64,000 nucleotides of DNA, from the NCBI RefSeq assembly GCF_035084215.1, contig NC_090370.1:992001-1056000 (forward strand). Direction: 5' to 3'. Positions 62,036 to 64,000 of the stretch are shown piece by piece (the first letter of the stretch is position 1; the number at the start of each line of letters is the position of its first letter). Made by a program: the position numbers and the translations under genes. The stretch is from Heptranchias perlo (taxonomy: Eukaryota). The notes beneath the pieces are model-generated. The model was not told the DNA's origin. It saw only the letters and a program-made list of their open reading frames with translations, and did no database searches.

Positions 62036-63825
62036 CTCTGAGTCAGCAGGACATGGCTTCGAATCCCACTGTAGGGAGTTGAGCCCCGTAATCTAGTCCC
62101 AGGGTCAGTGCTGAGGGAGCGCCGCGCTGTCGGAGGGTCAGTACTGAGGGAGAGCTGCACTGTCGGAGGGTCAGTACTGAGGGAGCGCCGCACTGTCGGA
62201 GGGTCTGTACTGAGGGAGCGCCGCACTGTCGGAGGGGCAGTACTGAGGGAGTGCCGCACTGTCGGAGGGTCAGTACTGAGGGAGCGCCGCACTGTCGGAG
62301 GGTCAGTACTGAGGGAGCGCCGCACTGTCGGAGGGTCAGTACTGAGGGAGCGCCGCACTGTCGGAAGGGCAGTACTGAGGGAGCGCCGCACTGTCGGAGG
62401 GTCAGTACTGAGGGAGCGCCGCACTGTCGGAGGGTCAGTACTGAGGGAGCGCCGCACTGTCGGAGGGTCAGTACTGAGGGAGCGCCGCACTGTCGGAGGG
62501 TCAGTACTGAGGGAGCGCCGCACTGTCGGAGGGTCAGTACTGAGGGAGCGCCGCACTGTCGGAGGGTCAGTACTGAGGGAGCGCCGCGCTGTCGGAGGGT
62601 CAGTACTGAGGGAGCGCCGCACTGTCGGAGGGTCAGTACTGAGGGAGCGCCGCACTGTCGGAGGGTCAGTACTGAGGGAGCGCCGCACTGTCGGAGGGTC
62701 GGTACTGAGGGAGCGCCGCACTGTCGGAGGGTCGGTACTGAGGGAGCGCCGCACTGTCGGAGGGTCTGTACTGAGGGAGCGCCGCACTGTCGGAGGGGCA
62801 GTACTGAGGGAGAGCCGCACTGTCGGAGGGGCAGTACTGAGGGAGCGCCGCACTGTCGGAGGGTCAGTACTGAGGGAGCGCCGCACTGTCGGAGGGTCAG
62901 TACTGAGGGAGCGCCGCACTGTCGGAGGGTCAGTACTGAGGGAGCGCCGCACTGTCGGAGGGTCAGTACTGAGGGAGCGCCGCACTGTCGGAGGGTCGGT
63001 ACTGAGGGAGCGCCGCACTGTCGGAGGGTCGGTACTGAGGGAGCGCCGCACTGTCGGAGGGTCAGTACTGAGGGAGCGCCGCACTGTCGGAGGGTCAGTA
63101 CTGAGGGAGCGCCGCACTGTCGGAGGGTCAGTACTGAGGGAGCGCCGCACTGTCGGAGGGTCAGTACTGAGGGAGCGCCGCACTGTCGGAGGGTCAGTAC
63201 TGAGGGAGCGCCGCACTGTCGGAGGGTCAGTACTGAGGGAGCGCCGCACTGTCGGAGGGTCAGTACTGAGGGAGCGCCGCACTGTCGGAGGGTCAGTACT
63301 GAGGGAGCGCCACACTGTCGGAGGGTCAGTACTGAGGGAGCGCCGCACTGTCGGAGGGTCGGTACTGAGGGAGCGCCGCACTGTCGGAGGGTCGGTACTG
63401 AGGGAGCGCCGCACTGTCGGAGGGTCGGTACTGAGGGAGCGCCGCACTGTCGGAGGGTCGGTACTGAGGGAGCGCCGCACTGTTGGAGGTGCCATCTTTC
63501 GGATGAGACGTTAAACCGAGGCCCCGTCTGCCCCTCTCGGGTGGATGTAAAAGATCCCACGGCCACTATTTCGAAGAAGAGCAGGGGGGGGGAGTTCTCC
63601 CCGGTGTCCTGGGACCGATATTTATCCCTCAACCAACATCGCTAAAAAAAAACACAGATTATCTGGTCATTTATCACATTGCTGTTTGTGGGATCTTGCT
63701 GTGCGCAAATCGGCTGCCGCGTTTCCTACATTACAACAGTGACCGCACTTCAAAAGAATAAGTGCTTCACTGGCTGAGGAGGGTTTTGGGACGTCCCGAG
63801 GTGCTGATAGGGGCTGTATAAATGA
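62036..63825 (+). mobile_element. SacSINE1/DeuSINE-like SINE with ~42-copy 33-bp array (~62101-63490)
   Basis: Head CTCTGAGTCAG...TTCGAATCCC, array, Deu-like domain, tail TTTGGGACGTCCCGAGG...TATAAATG. Confidence 0.88.
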
Positions 63826-64000
63826 AAGCTCTTTTCGGAAATCCCTGGGATCGTTCTTTGCTCTGGCCGAGAGGTTTGGCCTGGATGCGAGTGGGCCCCA
63901 GGGAATGTTTTATTTCTGGCTCCCAGTCGATGGTTGACCCTGAGCTGAGCGTCTGACCGCCGAGACCGCCCGCTCCCACCTCTGTAACGTCGCCCGTCTC

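Overview
Vertebrate genomic DNA, most likely a shark or other cartilaginous fish (inferred from SacSINE1/DeuSINE-like SINEs and CR1/L2 LINEs). It is GC-rich and dominated by tandem repeats and retroelements, with three N gaps. Most long ORFs in the track are artefacts of satellites. Real genes I can support: (1) the last two coding exons of a nuclear ATP synthase c-subunit gene (ATP5MC family, + strand, 28477-28664 and 30487-30601), absent from the ORF track; (2) two intact, intronless, divergently oriented GPR84-like receptors (33545-34618 -, 50204-51337 +) with reciprocal changes at ligand-pocket positions; (3) possibly an unrecognised minus-strand spliced gene threaded through the unique islands of 2.7-24.9 kb (low confidence). 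Most notable: retroelements carrying expandable minisatellites at fixed internal positions (33-bp in the SINE, in-frame 51-bp in CR1 ORF2, amplified CR1 tails), ATP5MC-GPR84 adjacency across what is the HOXC interval in human, a mirror-symmetric TE layout around the GPR84 pair, and nested CR1 insertions.
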